From positions 1 through 59,008 of the IMG/VR virus record IMGVR_UViG_3300044994_000135: a DNA stretch of 59,008 nucleotides; one strand, 5' to 3'. The translations under genes and the position numbers were made by a program. Below the pieces are notes generated by a model that saw only the letters and a program-made list of their open reading frames with translations, did no database searches and was not told the DNA's origin. Shown here one piece after another: positions 8,671-18,305 of this stretch. This stretch comes from a virus. Taxonomy: Duplodnaviria > Caudoviricetes. Numbering within the stretch: the first letter of the stretch is position 1; each line of letters starts with the position of its first letter.

Positions 8671-8759
8671 GAGCCGTTGGCGGCTGTTAAATGTTCGGGA
8701 GCCGTTGGCGGCTGTTAAATGTTCGGGAGCCGTTGGCGGCTGTTAAATGTTCGGGAGCC
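8671..8759. repeat. 28-bp tandem repeat, 3 copies, overlapping the primase stop codon
   Basis: GAGCCGTTGGCGGCTGTTAAATGTTCGG at 8671, 8699 and 8727. Confidence 0.9.
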
Positions 8760-11088
8760 CGTCGTGGCCGTCGCTGTGATCCGCCCGCTCCGCCCGCATG
8801 GAGTCCATGTCGACCACCACGTGCGAGAACCCCACAAGTCTTTGGTCGATTTGCCGGACCTTGCGGTGTGCCCGCCCTTTGAGCTGCGAGCCGAACTCCT
8901 GCACGAAGTCTTGGCGCTTCATGGGTCGTGAGTGCGCGTCTTCGCAATACTTCACGTAGTCCCGGAACAGCTTGTCGATAGTGACGCTCTGCCCGTCGTC
9001 TGGCACGACGCGCACGTGCTCCGAGATGAACCCGCTCACGGTGTTGAGGGACTCTTGGATGTCCTGGATGGCCTCTAGTCCGCGCTTGGCCTGCCGGAAG
9101 CGTTCGCCGCCGATGATGGCCCGCGCCCCCTCCAACGCCCAGTTGAGGACGCCCGACATCTCGGCCAGCAGTGAGCCCAGAAGGTTCGGGTCTTCCTGGC
9201 CCACGAATGACCGTTTGAACGGGAACACCAACATGCGGTTGGTGAGCGCGCTGCGCGAGTTCACCAGCTCCGGGAACTCGTTGCAGATGAACACGATCTT
9301 CAGCGGCAGGAACAGGTTGAGCGCGTCTTGATTCTTTCGGTCGATCTGCTGCGGGTCATTGCCCACGATGGAGATGATGCGCTCGCAGGCCGTTTGAGCC
9401 TCCCTGCTCTTGCTCTGCACGTCGTTGAAGATGGCCAGCCGCTTGCCCAGGACGGGCTCTAGGCCGAATCGTTCGCCGAAGAGGGCCAGGGAGCACGCGG
9501 CGGTGTTATCGTGGCCTATCAGGGCCTCCAGGACCCGCGCAAGGGTACTTTTGCCCGAGCGGGACTCCCCGATGAGCACGGCGAACTTTTGCGCGCGCAT
9601 GTCATTGAGGAGGCAGTACCCGGCCCACAAGCGAAATTGGTGGACAAGCTCCTTGTCCCCTTCCCAGATCTGCTCAAGGAACGCCTCGAACCTCGGGCAG
9701 GTGGCGTTCGGATCGTAGTCGAACGGCAACGTTGTGAAGTTGAAGTAATCCGGCGTATGGTCCAAGAGTTCGCCCGTCGCCAGGTCGAGCAGCCCACTCC
9801 GCAAGCTGACGATTTGGGCGGGCGTGCCGTCGCGCCACATCCCCGGTCGAATGTTGGGCGTCCGCCCTTCGAGCCGGGTGCGGACGAGCTGCACCATGCT
9901 GGTGAGGTGCTGGAGTTTGACCTTGGAGAGCGTGACCCCGGCGTCACTGGCCTCGATGTCCCGCATGATGACGGCCATGAACTCCTTTTCGCGGATTGGT
10001 TGCCAGCATCGAGCGTGGTCGCTGTAGACGTAAAGTTGGCTTTTGTCACAAAGCACTCGCCCGGCCTGGCGCTCGATGAACAGGTCCGTGCACGGCAGCG
10101 GTCTCTTGAGATCGTAGAATTTCTGACGCAATTCGGGCTCGACCACGGCGTCGGCGGCCACTACGGGGAATCCGGCGGCGGCGCTCTTGGAACCGAAATC
10201 ACCCTTCCCGTACCGGTAAGCGTTCTCGACCTTGCGGCGGAGCTCGCTCTCGTGCCACGGCGGCGAGCATCGCGGGTTGTAGACCTCCCTGAGGGCTGTC
10301 ACGGCCTGGTCGAACGAGAGGCCGAAATCGCGGCAGAGGCACGCCGCTCGAAAGGTCGTGGCGTCCCCGCTCTGACCCTGAACGGCTCTGGGGAAGGCGT
10401 TGGAGAGAATTTCACGCACGCGGACTACGTCCACCAAGGGGGCTTCAATCCCTTCTATGAGATTCATACCATCGACGGATGGTGTGGCTAGCGGCGGCGG
10501 GGCCTTGCCCATTAGTTCCTGGACCAGCCACGCCGGGAGCTCGTCGGCTTCACCGGCGAGGACGTCTAGCAGGCTTAATCCATTATCGAATCGGTACTGG
10601 TCGCCGTAGCGGTGTACGCTCGGCCAGGTGACCACCTGGTGCCCGCCGTCGGCCAGGATATCCACACCCTTAACGAACCCCACGCGGGAGGGCAGGTTGT
10701 CCATGTCCTTGGGGTATCGGAACCACAAATGCATACTTTTGTCGCCGCGACGCTCAGTGACGTGGTACCCGAGGCCGTCTTGGTGCTCCTGGTACCAAGC
10801 GAGCCCGCGGTCGCCGTCGAGGTCCACGCACACCACACCCGACGCCCGGCCAGTAATAACGCCGAGGTTGCATTTGTGGTTTTTGGGCTTGCCCATGATC
10901 TCGGCGAACTCTTCGGCTGAGTGGCGGAGTTTCTGCCAGCCCATGATCTTGGGGGCCTTGCCCGCGCCCGGTCCGCCGGATGTGGGTGAGCTGACGACCA
11001 CGACGGCCATACCTGCGGCGATGTACTGGAGGCCAACGGAGAGGGGTGTCGCGTTTTCGATGTGGGCGGCGGGCGATGAGCTATCCAT
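8743..11088 (-). CDS. Primase-polymerase / D5-like SF3 helicase (P4-type primase)
   Basis: N-terminal Prim-Pol motifs (NLGVITG...VDLD, HLWF); primase C-terminal region (CSPPWHESEL); D5_N segment (GLLDLATGELLDHTPDY); Walker A GESRSGKST. Confidence 0.9.
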   Translation of the reverse strand: MDSSSPAAHIENATPLSVGLQYIAAGMAVVVVSSPTSGGPGAGKAPKIMGWQKLRHSAEEFAEIMGKPKNHKCNLGVITGRASGVVCVDLDGDRGLAWYQEHQDGLGYHVTERRGDKSMHLWFRYPKDMDNLPSRVGFVKGVDILADGGHQVVTWPSVHRYGDQYRFDNGLSLLDVLAGEADELPAWLVQELMGKAPPPLATPSVDGMNLIEGIEAPLVDVVRVREILSNAFPRAVQGQSGDATTFRAACLCRDFGLSFDQAVTALREVYNPRCSPPWHESELRRKVENAYRYGKGDFGSKSAAAGFPVVAADAVVEPELRQKFYDLKRPLPCTDLFIERQAGRVLCDKSQLYVYSDHARCWQPIREKEFMAVIMRDIEASDAGVTLSKVKLQHLTSMVQLVRTRLEGRTPNIRPGMWRDGTPAQIVSLRSGLLDLATGELLDHTPDYFNFTTLPFDYDPNATCPRFEAFLEQIWEGDKELVHQFRLWAGYCLLNDMRAQKFAVLIGESRSGKSTLARVLEALIGHDNTAACSLALFGERFGLEPVLGKRLAIFNDVQSKSREAQTACERIISIVGNDPQQIDRKNQDALNLFLPLKIVFICNEFPELVNSRSALTNRMLVFPFKRSFVGQEDPNLLGSLLAEMSGVLNWALEGARAIIGGERFRQAKRGLEAIQDIQESLNTVSGFISEHVRVVPDDGQSVTIDKLFRDYVKYCEDAHSRPMKRQDFVQEFGSQLKGRAHRKVRQIDQRLVGFSHVVVDMDSMRAERADHSDGHDGLPNI

Positions 11089-11278
11089 TCTCTGGCTTAT
11101 CCGCGCTGACGTGTTTGTTGCTAGTGACCGAATTAAACAGCGCGCGGATTGCCTCGGCGATTACGTGGTTCTGAGAAATTTTGAGCATCACCGAGAGAGA
11201 TTTGAGTTTATCCCAGTCTGGCGGGTGGAGGCGAATTGTCGTCCCCTTGCGGCCCCGGGTCCATGGTCTTTGTGGCAT
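11081..11278 (-). CDS. Small ribbon-helix-helix-like regulator
   Basis: GTTIRLHPPDWDKLKSLS...SQNHVIAEAI has a beta-alpha-alpha pattern; first gene of the leftward arm. Confidence 0.6.
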   Translation of the reverse strand: MPQRPWTRGRKGTTIRLHPPDWDKLKSLSVMLKISQNHVIAEAIRALFNSVTSNKHVSADKPENG

Positions 11279-11358
11279 TTCTGATCCTCGCAAAACATTT
11301 ATGGTTGCTAACGACTCCGCATTATGCTACACAACCGTACAGGTAGCAACATTTAATT
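11279..11358. promoter_or_regulatory. Divergent promoter region between the two transcription arms
   Basis: AT-rich intergenic gap where gene orientation switches. Confidence 0.55.
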
Positions 11359-12768
11359 ATGCGGGACGAGCGATTATTACCATTCCAGCAAAACGGCGTA
11401 TCAAAGCTCGTCCAGCTTCTCAGGGCGAACGGCTCCGCGCTGCTGGCCGATCCGCCGGGCGCGGGCAAGAGCGCCCAGGCGGTCCGCGTGCTGCTCGAAC
11501 TCCGGGCGGGGAGCGTGCTGATTCTGTGTCCGGCGTCGCTGCGGATTATGTGGCGGCGCGAGCTGGAGAAGTGGGGCTGGTTCAACGCGACCACCGTTCT
11601 CGCCTCAGCCAGTGGGGTTAATGGGGCGCCGCTCCCCCCGAGCGCGATTTGCTCCTACGACCTGGCGGCCCGCGAACCCGTGCTGTCGGCCCTGTCGGCG
11701 CGGGAGTGGGACGTGCTCGTCCTGGACGAGTCGCACTACTGCCGCAGCCCCGACGCGGCCAGAACTAAGGCCGCCCTGATCACCCTCTGGAGCCGCGCCC
11801 GGTACCGACTGGCCCTCACGGGCACGCCGGTTCCCAACGGGCGCGCGTCGGAGGCCTGGCCGCTCTTCGCCCGCATGGCCCCGGACCTGTTCACGCCGTG
11901 GGCGGCGTTCGCCGAGCGGTACTGCGTGCGCGTCGAGACGGAGTACGGCGTGACCTACCCCCGGAGCCGCAACCTGGAAGAGCTCGGCCGGCTGGCCCGG
12001 GAGCGGTTCATGGTGCGGCGGTCGCGGGAGGAGTGCATGGTCGACCTTCCGCCCTTGCGGCGTGAGATCGTCCCGCTGGCTATCCCGGAGGAGCAGGTTC
12101 GTGAGGTGCAGGCGGGCCTCAACGACATCTCGCCGGAGATGCTGGCCGACGTCGTTCGGGCGGTGGACGCCGGGCTGACCGTCCTCAACTACGGCGGCAT
12201 GTCCTACGTGCGCCGGGTGCTCGGGGAGCTCAAGGCCCCCGCCGCGATCGAGTTTATCCGCACGCTCAGAGAGAGGGACGATGGCGCGCGAAAATCCCTG
12301 GTGGTGTTCGCGCACCACCGGACCGTTGTGTCCGCGCTCGCGGCGGCGCTGGCCGAGGATGCGGCGGTCGTTACGGTCACGGGCGACGACTCGGCGGCGG
12401 ACCGCCAGGCCGCCGTGGACGCCTTTCAGGCCGGAAGCGCCGAGGTGCTGGTGGCGTCGATTACTGCGGCGTCGACCGGCCTGACGCTGACCCGGGCCAG
12501 CACGGTCGTGTTCGTCGAGGCCGACTGGGTTCCGTCGACCAACGAACAGGCCGAGGGCCGCGTGCTGCGGCGGACGCAGAACGCCATGCTCTGCCGGGCG
12601 CTGTACCTGGTGGTGCCGGGCAGTATGGACGACGCGGTCACGTCCGCCGTCGTCAGAAAACAGAGGGATATTTCACGGCTACTCGGCGAACCCGTCGAGG
12701 GGCCACGAGAGAGCTCGCCGGGTAACGCCAGTGAGGGTTTCACGGCGTACCCGGTGAGTAAATTGTAA
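11359..12768 (+). CDS. SNF2-family helicase
   Basis: LLADPPGAGKS, DESH, LTGTP, VVFAHH, GLTLTRA and QAEGRVLR motifs. Confidence 0.92.
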   Translation: MRDERLLPFQQNGVSKLVQLLRANGSALLADPPGAGKSAQAVRVLLELRAGSVLILCPASLRIMWRRELEKWGWFNATTVLASASGVNGAPLPPSAICSYDLAAREPVLSALSAREWDVLVLDESHYCRSPDAARTKAALITLWSRARYRLALTGTPVPNGRASEAWPLFARMAPDLFTPWAAFAERYCVRVETEYGVTYPRSRNLEELGRLARERFMVRRSREECMVDLPPLRREIVPLAIPEEQVREVQAGLNDISPEMLADVVRAVDAGLTVLNYGGMSYVRRVLGELKAPAAIEFIRTLRERDDGARKSLVVFAHHRTVVSALAAALAEDAAVVTVTGDDSAADRQAAVDAFQAGSAEVLVASITAASTGLTLTRASTVVFVEADWVPSTNEQAEGRVLRRTQNAMLCRALYLVVPGSMDDAVTSAVVRKQRDISRLLGEPVEGPRESSPGNASEGFTAYPVSKL

Positions 12769-12786
12769 AACGCAAGGAAACGCAAC

Positions 12787-13368
12787 ATGGCACCAACGGG
12801 AAAACACGAGACTAAGTTCGGTAAATCAATAGTGACGCCAAGGGGGCGGATGAGCTACCCGCACCTGTTCGAGCCCAACACCAAGGGCGAGTATCCGTCG
12901 AACAAATTCGAGTTGACGCTCCTCATCCCCAAAACGGCCAATATCGAGCCGCTCAGGGCGGCGGTGCAGGCGGTGATCCGCGATGCGTTTCCGGGACGGA
13001 ACCTGACCCCGGAGCAACTGGCGTTCCCGCCGATCCGCGACGGCGACGCCGAGCAGAAGGGCGGTGAGTACGCCGGCCACTGGTTTCTGAAGGCGAAAAG
13101 CAGCCGCGCCCCGGCGCTGATCGGCGCGGACACCTCCGCGCTTTCGGGGGCCTCGGCCACGGCGGCGGTCTACGGCGGGGCGCTCTGCCACGTCAAGCTC
13201 AAGCCGTTCAGCTACGTGCAAGCCGGGCGGCCGGGGGTCACGTGGTCGCTGGAGGCGGTACAGTGCTTGCCGGGCGGCGAGCGCTTCGGCGGCGGGGGCG
13301 GGAACCCGGCCGAAGGCTTCGAGGCGTTCGAGGACTCAATGTCGTCGTCGTCGGAGGATAACTTCTAG
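12787..13368 (+). CDS. DUF2815 / gp2.5-like ssDNA-binding protein
   Basis: RMSYPHLFEP, PIRDGD, VYGG and an acidic C-terminal tail ending in F. Confidence 0.85.
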   Translation: MAPTGKHETKFGKSIVTPRGRMSYPHLFEPNTKGEYPSNKFELTLLIPKTANIEPLRAAVQAVIRDAFPGRNLTPEQLAFPPIRDGDAEQKGGEYAGHWFLKAKSSRAPALIGADTSALSGASATAAVYGGALCHVKLKPFSYVQAGRPGVTWSLEAVQCLPGGERFGGGGGNPAEGFEAFEDSMSSSSEDNF

Positions 13369-14261
13369 TGTCCCCCGACGCGCACGAGAGGACTCACGCC
13401 CTGTGCAGCGCCAGCGGCGCGGAGCGATGGATGGCCTGCCCCGGCAGTGTGTACGCCGGGAGGGGCCTCCCGCCCGCGCCGCCCTCGAGGTACGCCGAGG
13501 AGGGCACGCGGGCGCACGGGCTGGCCGAGCGGATGCTGAGCATCCTGAAGAGGACCGGCCAGCCGCCGACGGAGGCCCAATTCCAGGAGTGGGCGGCGGG
13601 GGAGTACGCCGACACCGCGGGGGTTGCCGATAACGGCGACACGTTGACTATGGTCGACTACTGCCGGAGTTACCTCGCGGTCTGTATGGAGGAACTCGGG
13701 AATTTTCGGCCCGACACGCTGCGGTGGCACATAGAGCGCCGCCTGGTTCTGTCGCAAGATTTGGCTATGTTCGGCACGGCCGATCTACTGGCCACCGGGC
13801 GCAACGTACGCACCGAGGGTGGCGACTGGGAGGGGCTCATCGCCGATCTGAAATACGGCAAGGGCAAGCCCGTCTCGGCCGTCAACAACCCGCAGCTTGC
13901 CTATTATGCCGTGGCCCTGAAGCGCATGTCGGATAAGCCGCTCCAGCGGGTTAAGGTGGTGGTGGTGCAGCCGCGAGTGCCCTCGCGGTGGTACACCACG
14001 GTCACCTACACGCTGGAGGAGCTCGCGCAGTGGGAGGACCGGCTCATCTCGGCGGGCGAGGAGGCCATGCGGATGTTCCTGGGCCTGACCCCGCCGCGGT
14101 ACGAGGCCGGGCGGCATTGCTGGTGGTGCCCGGCGCGGCAGAAGTGCGCAACGTACGCCGCGCACGGGGCAACTGAGGGATTTACGGACGTAACCAGCGA
14201 AACGAGTTTAACAACCACAACCAAAACCACGGAGGCCTATGACCCAACAAACACTGACTAA
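13368..14261 (+). CDS. DUF2800 / Cas4-like PD-(D/E)xK nuclease
   Basis: SASGAERWMACPGS, GTRAH, FGTAD, DLKYGKG, NPQLAYYA and C-terminal CWWCPARQKC. Confidence 0.88.
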   Translation: MSPDAHERTHALCSASGAERWMACPGSVYAGRGLPPAPPSRYAEEGTRAHGLAERMLSILKRTGQPPTEAQFQEWAAGEYADTAGVADNGDTLTMVDYCRSYLAVCMEELGNFRPDTLRWHIERRLVLSQDLAMFGTADLLATGRNVRTEGGDWEGLIADLKYGKGKPVSAVNNPQLAYYAVALKRMSDKPLQRVKVVVVQPRVPSRWYTTVTYTLEELAQWEDRLISAGEEAMRMFLGLTPPRYEAGRHCWWCPARQKCATYAAHGATEGFTDVTSETSLTTTTKTTEAYDPTNTD

Positions 14262-14472
14262 CGCCGTCAAGAACGGCCTGAACCTGCGGGCGTACCTCAC
14301 GCTGCCGCCGCACGACGTGAGCATTGAGGAGGAGGTGCGAGGTGTGATCCTGGCAGCGCGAAGGCGCACGTGCAGCCCGCAGGAGGCCGAGCAGGCGATC
14401 TTGCGCATCCTGGGGCGGGAGCTTGACGCGCTCGAGAGCGCCGTGCGGGAGGCGCTGTGCGAGCGGAAGTAG
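14239..14472 (+). CDS. Hypothetical protein
   Basis: 77 aa ORF with GGAGG RBS. Confidence 0.6.
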   Translation: MTQQTLTNAVKNGLNLRAYLTLPPHDVSIEEEVRGVILAARRRTCSPQEAEQAILRILGRELDALESAVREALCERK

Positions 14473-14828
14473 ATCAGGACTTTCCCGGCGGCCTCGCCGC
14501 CGGGCGGCTCCCCGAGCTGCGGCTGCTCATCGGGGTTTTCTGGCGTGCGGTGCAGGACGCGCACGGCGACGCGCGGAGGGGGGTCTCTGCCGACGATCGG
14601 CAGGAGGCCCGGCGGTGGCTGTACGACGAGGAGTACGACCAGTGGTTGCGCGGGCAGGCCTGGCCGTGCTGTGTGTCGCGCCTAGCCGAGGAGCTGGAGA
14701 TTGATGTGAATTTTCTGCGGAAGGCGGTGCGCGCGCGCGGTATGGCCGGGCAGCTCGGGCACATGCAGCTCGGCGGGCGGGGGCTCTCGAAGAGCGTGCG
14801 GGTCGCGGAAACGGCGGTTGACAAATAG
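14457..14828 (+). CDS. Hypothetical helical protein (resembles 6733-7089)
   Basis: LLIGVFWRAVQDA...ARRWL...LAEELEIDVNFLRK. Confidence 0.6.
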   Translation: MRAEVDQDFPGGLAAGRLPELRLLIGVFWRAVQDAHGDARRGVSADDRQEARRWLYDEEYDQWLRGQAWPCCVSRLAEELEIDVNFLRKAVRARGMAGQLGHMQLGGRGLSKSVRVAETAVDK

Positions 14829-14885
14829 TTGATGCGATGTGGCGCGAGGTGCGCTATGGTTGGCGGGTGATGGGTTGGGAGGAAT

Positions 14886-16148
14886 ATGACGACGAAAGAT
14901 AAGAGCGAAGTAGAATTATTGATCGAGGCGATGGCGGATATCTTCAACATCGCCACGGACGGCTTCAGTGAGTTCTCGAAGGACGCGAGAGAAACCGCCT
15001 CGGGAAAATTCAGCAAGGCGGCGTCCTCGGGTGACTACAGCGCGGCGGCGTCCTCGGGTGACTACAGCGCGGCGGCGGTGTCGGGTTACTCCAGCACGGC
15101 CGCGTCCTCGGGTTACTCCAGCAAGGCGGCGGTGTCGGGTGACTACAGCACGGCGGCGGGGGCGGGTGACTCCAGCAAGGCGGCGGCGGCGGGTTACTCC
15201 AGCACGGCGGCGTCCTCGGGTTCCTCCAGCAAGGCGGCGTCGGCGGGTTCCTCCAGCGCGGCGGCGTCCTCGGGTTACTCTAGCGCGGCGGCGTCCTCGG
15301 GTGACTACAGCGCGGCGGCGTCCTCGGGTAACTACAGCAAGGCGGCGGCGACGGGTGACTCCAGCAAGGCCGCGTCCTCGGGTTACTCCAGCAAGGCGGC
15401 GGTGTCGGGGGACTCCAGCACGGCGGCGGTGTCGGGTAACTACAGCACGGCGGCGGCGGCGGGTGACTCCAGCAAGGCGGCGGCGGTGGGTTACTCCAGC
15501 AAGGCGGCGGCGGCGGGTGACTACAGCACGGCGGCGGTGTCGGGTAACTACAGCACGGCGGCGTCCTCGGGGAACTACAGCGCATGTGCCGCCGTTGGTT
15601 ATCGCGCCGCTGTCAAGGGCGACATGGGCAATCTGCTGATGGCGTCGGAATACGTCCGCAAGGACGGTGAATTTGTGCCTGTTGGCGGAAAAGCCGATCT
15701 CGTTGACGGCAAGAAGCTAAAGCCCGACCGCTGGTATATCGTTGAGCAAGGAGAGTGGGTCGAGGTTGATTTCTCTGACGGTATTTTCTCCCGCGTCATA
15801 TCGCACAAGGCCGGAGTGAAGAAGGTACGAACGGATGATGGCCAAGTTCTGTTCGTCGTTCAGGACGACAAAGGGAATACAGCGCACGGGGAAACGATCG
15901 CCAAGGCCCGCAAGGATTTGGTTTACAAGGCCGTCGCGAAGTTCGACGACCCGATCCCGAAAAAGGCCACGGGCAAAGAATGGGTCGCGATCTATCGGGC
16001 GGTCACCGGAGCGTGCGCGGCGGGGGTGAAGCTGTTTGTCGAGCAGACGGGCACGGACCTGGAGCAGGTCTACACCGCCAAAGCGGTTGCGGAGTTGGCG
16101 CGGGGGCAGTACGGGGCGGAGCAGTTTGGGAAGAAGGTTGGGGCATGA
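14886..16148 (+). CDS. Phage protein with Ser/Ala/Gly-rich short tandem repeats
   Basis: About 15010-15590 encodes repeated (S/A)GxxS(K/T/A)AA(S/V/A) units; globular C-terminus with YRAVTGAC. Confidence 0.8.
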   Translation: MTTKDKSEVELLIEAMADIFNIATDGFSEFSKDARETASGKFSKAASSGDYSAAASSGDYSAAAVSGYSSTAASSGYSSKAAVSGDYSTAAGAGDSSKAAAAGYSSTAASSGSSSKAASAGSSSAAASSGYSSAAASSGDYSAAASSGNYSKAAATGDSSKAASSGYSSKAAVSGDSSTAAVSGNYSTAAAAGDSSKAAAVGYSSKAAAAGDYSTAAVSGNYSTAASSGNYSACAAVGYRAAVKGDMGNLLMASEYVRKDGEFVPVGGKADLVDGKKLKPDRWYIVEQGEWVEVDFSDGIFSRVISHKAGVKKVRTDDGQVLFVVQDDKGNTAHGETIAKARKDLVYKAVAKFDDPIPKKATGKEWVAIYRAVTGACAAGVKLFVEQTGTDLEQVYTAKAVAELARGQYGAEQFGKKVGA

Positions 16149-16230
16149 TCGCAGCAATTTTGTGCCACTGGCTCACGCTCGCGGCGGGCTTTCTTTTCGG
16201 GGCGATACTGGGGGCGATATGGGCAGGAAG

Positions 16231-16458
16231 ATGATCACGCAAACGGCCTACGACGATCTGCGGCGGGAGTACGACGAGCTCTGGCGCGAGAACGAGCGGC
16301 GGGGCGAGATCATCGCCCGTCACGTGCTCGGGTGGGAGCGGTACCTGCTGCGGAACAAGGAGCAATGGGCCTACGCGCCCTCGGCGGGGGCGGCGGACAA
16401 GATCTTGATCGGCGAGCGAATCAGCAAGTTTGTGGACGAGGCGATCAAGAAGCTATGA
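16231..16458 (+). CDS. Hypothetical protein
   Basis: ATG at 16231 in a coupled run of small ORFs. Confidence 0.55.
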   Translation: MITQTAYDDLRREYDELWRENERRGEIIARHVLGWERYLLRNKEQWAYAPSAGAADKILIGERISKFVDEAIKKL

Positions 16459-16658
16459 GCGAAGAAGGGCCATTCGTCCGCGAAGCGCTGTCGGCGCTCG
16501 CGGAGCTTGCGGCGCGAGCGGCGCAAGCCCCGGAGGCGGACGCTGAGCGCGTGGGGCGGCTGCGGCAGGTTGTGGAGGAGCGGATCCGGCACTCGGAGCG
16601 CGTGAACTGGCAGGATGTGGTTGAGCGAATGAGGGCCAATGAAGCAGCAGCCGATTAG
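16455..16658 (+). CDS. Hypothetical protein
   Basis: ATGA overlap with the upstream ORF. Confidence 0.5.
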   Translation: MSEEGPFVREALSALAELAARAAQAPEADAERVGRLRQVVEERIRHSERVNWQDVVERMRANEAAAD

Positions 16659-16848
16659 CTGGGACGCGGACGGCAACCCGATGCATTGTCGGCGATACAT
16701 GATCGGCGTGCAGTATGTATGGAACCACCCGGAGCACTACGACGGCGTGAGCGAGTGGCGGTGCGATGTGTGCGGTACGCGGTTCGGCCGGTGGACGCGA
16801 AGGGAGTTGAAGGACGGGGAGGTGGAGAAAAAGTATGGACGCGAATAG
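16639..16848 (+). CDS. Small Zn-ribbon-like phage protein
   Basis: YDGVSEWRCDVCGTRFGRWT contains a CxxC motif. Confidence 0.6.
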   Translation: MKQQPISWDADGNPMHCRRYMIGVQYVWNHPEHYDGVSEWRCDVCGTRFGRWTRRELKDGEVEKKYGRE

Positions 16849-17275
16849 ACCCCTCATCATCCCCCGCGACGCCGAGCCCGGCTGGCGCTGGGTGCTCCCC
16901 AGGGGGGTGACGCTCACGCTCGGCGAGGACCGCCAACTCCGCGATGCCGCTGGAACGATCTATGCGGCGATGGACGAGCGGCTCATGACCGACAACGACA
17001 ACCGCGCCGGGGCCGCGGGCGTGTACCTCCCGGCGGACTCGCCGTTCTCGCAGGTGGCCCGACCGCATGAGTTCCAGACGTCGTCGACGACGTATCAGAA
17101 ATACAACACGAACCTCGACGCCATTGAGTCCTACATCGGGCACCTGCGCGCGGTCATGAAGCCGACGCGCTGGAACCGCTTTCGGATCGCCGTGGCGCGG
17201 TTGGTGTTGTTGCGGTTTCAGGACGGTTTCTGGGACAACCCGCGCACGCTCTGGAAGAAAGAGCCGCTGCCGTAA
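16835..17275 (+). CDS. Hypothetical protein
   Basis: 146 aa ORF with GC-rich third codon positions. Confidence 0.55.
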   Translation: MDANRPLIIPRDAEPGWRWVLPRGVTLTLGEDRQLRDAAGTIYAAMDERLMTDNDNRAGAAGVYLPADSPFSQVARPHEFQTSSTTYQKYNTNLDAIESYIGHLRAVMKPTRWNRFRIAVARLVLLRFQDGFWDNPRTLWKKEPLP

Positions 17276-17337
17276 AGATATTTGTTGACTACTGCTCGCG
17301 CGCTGGTGCACAGTTCACGGCGTAGGAGAACCACATC

Positions 17338-17913
17338 ATGATGATCACACTTGGCCTTTACGTTCTTGAATTGTTCACGCCGGGAGATTCGCCCACACGG
17401 GGCGAGACGCGGCGGCTGATCCGCGAGAGCACGCGGCAGATCCAGCAGGAGCTCGGCGTGAACCTCGTCGTCCGTTGGCACAAGCGCGTCCGCGTGCCCC
17501 GCGACCGCGCCATCGGCCCGTGGCGGTATCTGAACATCAGCCGGGAGCTACCCGAGGACCGCGTCGGGCCGTTCCTGGAGATTCAGCCGCCGGTGTTCCT
17601 TTCTCGCAAGGGCCCGCCGCTGGTGTTCGGCCAGGGCTACATCTGTAGTCCGGCGTATGGGAGCGCGGTGGCGGCCGTCGCTCGGCGATCGGAGACTCGC
17701 GGAAACATGCTGCCGCTGGCCAGGGCCACCATCACGCACGAGCTCGGTCATATCCTGGGCGCGATGCACACCACCGACAACACCGGCATGATGGCCGCTG
17801 CAATCCTGCCGAACATGGTCGAGGCGGGCAAGGCGATCCCGCCGTTCACCGAGGAGAGCCGGGAGCAGGTACGGCGGTGCTTGCGGAGCGAGTTGTTCGA
17901 GTGGACGAGATGA
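17338..17913 (+). CDS. Zincin metalloprotease (metzincin-like)
   Basis: HELGHILGAMH matches HExxHxxGxxH, followed by a Met-turn-like GMM; AGGAG RBS. Confidence 0.8.
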   Translation: MMITLGLYVLELFTPGDSPTRGETRRLIRESTRQIQQELGVNLVVRWHKRVRVPRDRAIGPWRYLNISRELPEDRVGPFLEIQPPVFLSRKGPPLVFGQGYICSPAYGSAVAAVARRSETRGNMLPLARATITHELGHILGAMHTTDNTGMMAAAILPNMVEAGKAIPPFTEESREQVRRCLRSELFEWTR

Positions 17914-18266
17914 CGATCGGGACAGAAGGAGCAGATCTACTTATGAGCGAAACCCGGCGACTGATGAAGTTAACCAAAGAAGAAGAGAAGATTATACGCG
18001 ACATTCGAGCAATGAAGTCGACTCCCCCCGAAGGGCCGTTGCCAGTCGATTGTTTGCGCCACTTACTTAATGGCGGGTGGGTGTCATGGCCGGAGTATTC
18101 GAATTGCGATTTCGTGATCAAGCTCATGGGCGGAGAAGTGTTCTATGGCGATAACAAGGGTTCCGGCACGAAGAATTGGAGAAGGTTTACTCGGTTCAAT
18201 ACCGGGTGGTTTCTCGATCGTGAAACGTCGGTGAGATGCAGATTGATCGATCCGAAGGTCAAGTGA
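17910..18266 (+). CDS. Hypothetical protein
   Basis: ATGA overlap with the protease; lower GC. Confidence 0.5.
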   Translation: MTIGTEGADLLMSETRRLMKLTKEEEKIIRDIRAMKSTPPEGPLPVDCLRHLLNGGWVSWPEYSNCDFVIKLMGGEVFYGDNKGSGTKNWRRFTRFNTGWFLDRETSVRCRLIDPKVK

Positions 18267-18305
18267 GTAGCGAGCAGAAGACGCCGGAGCAGGCGGCGGA
18301 GGAGT

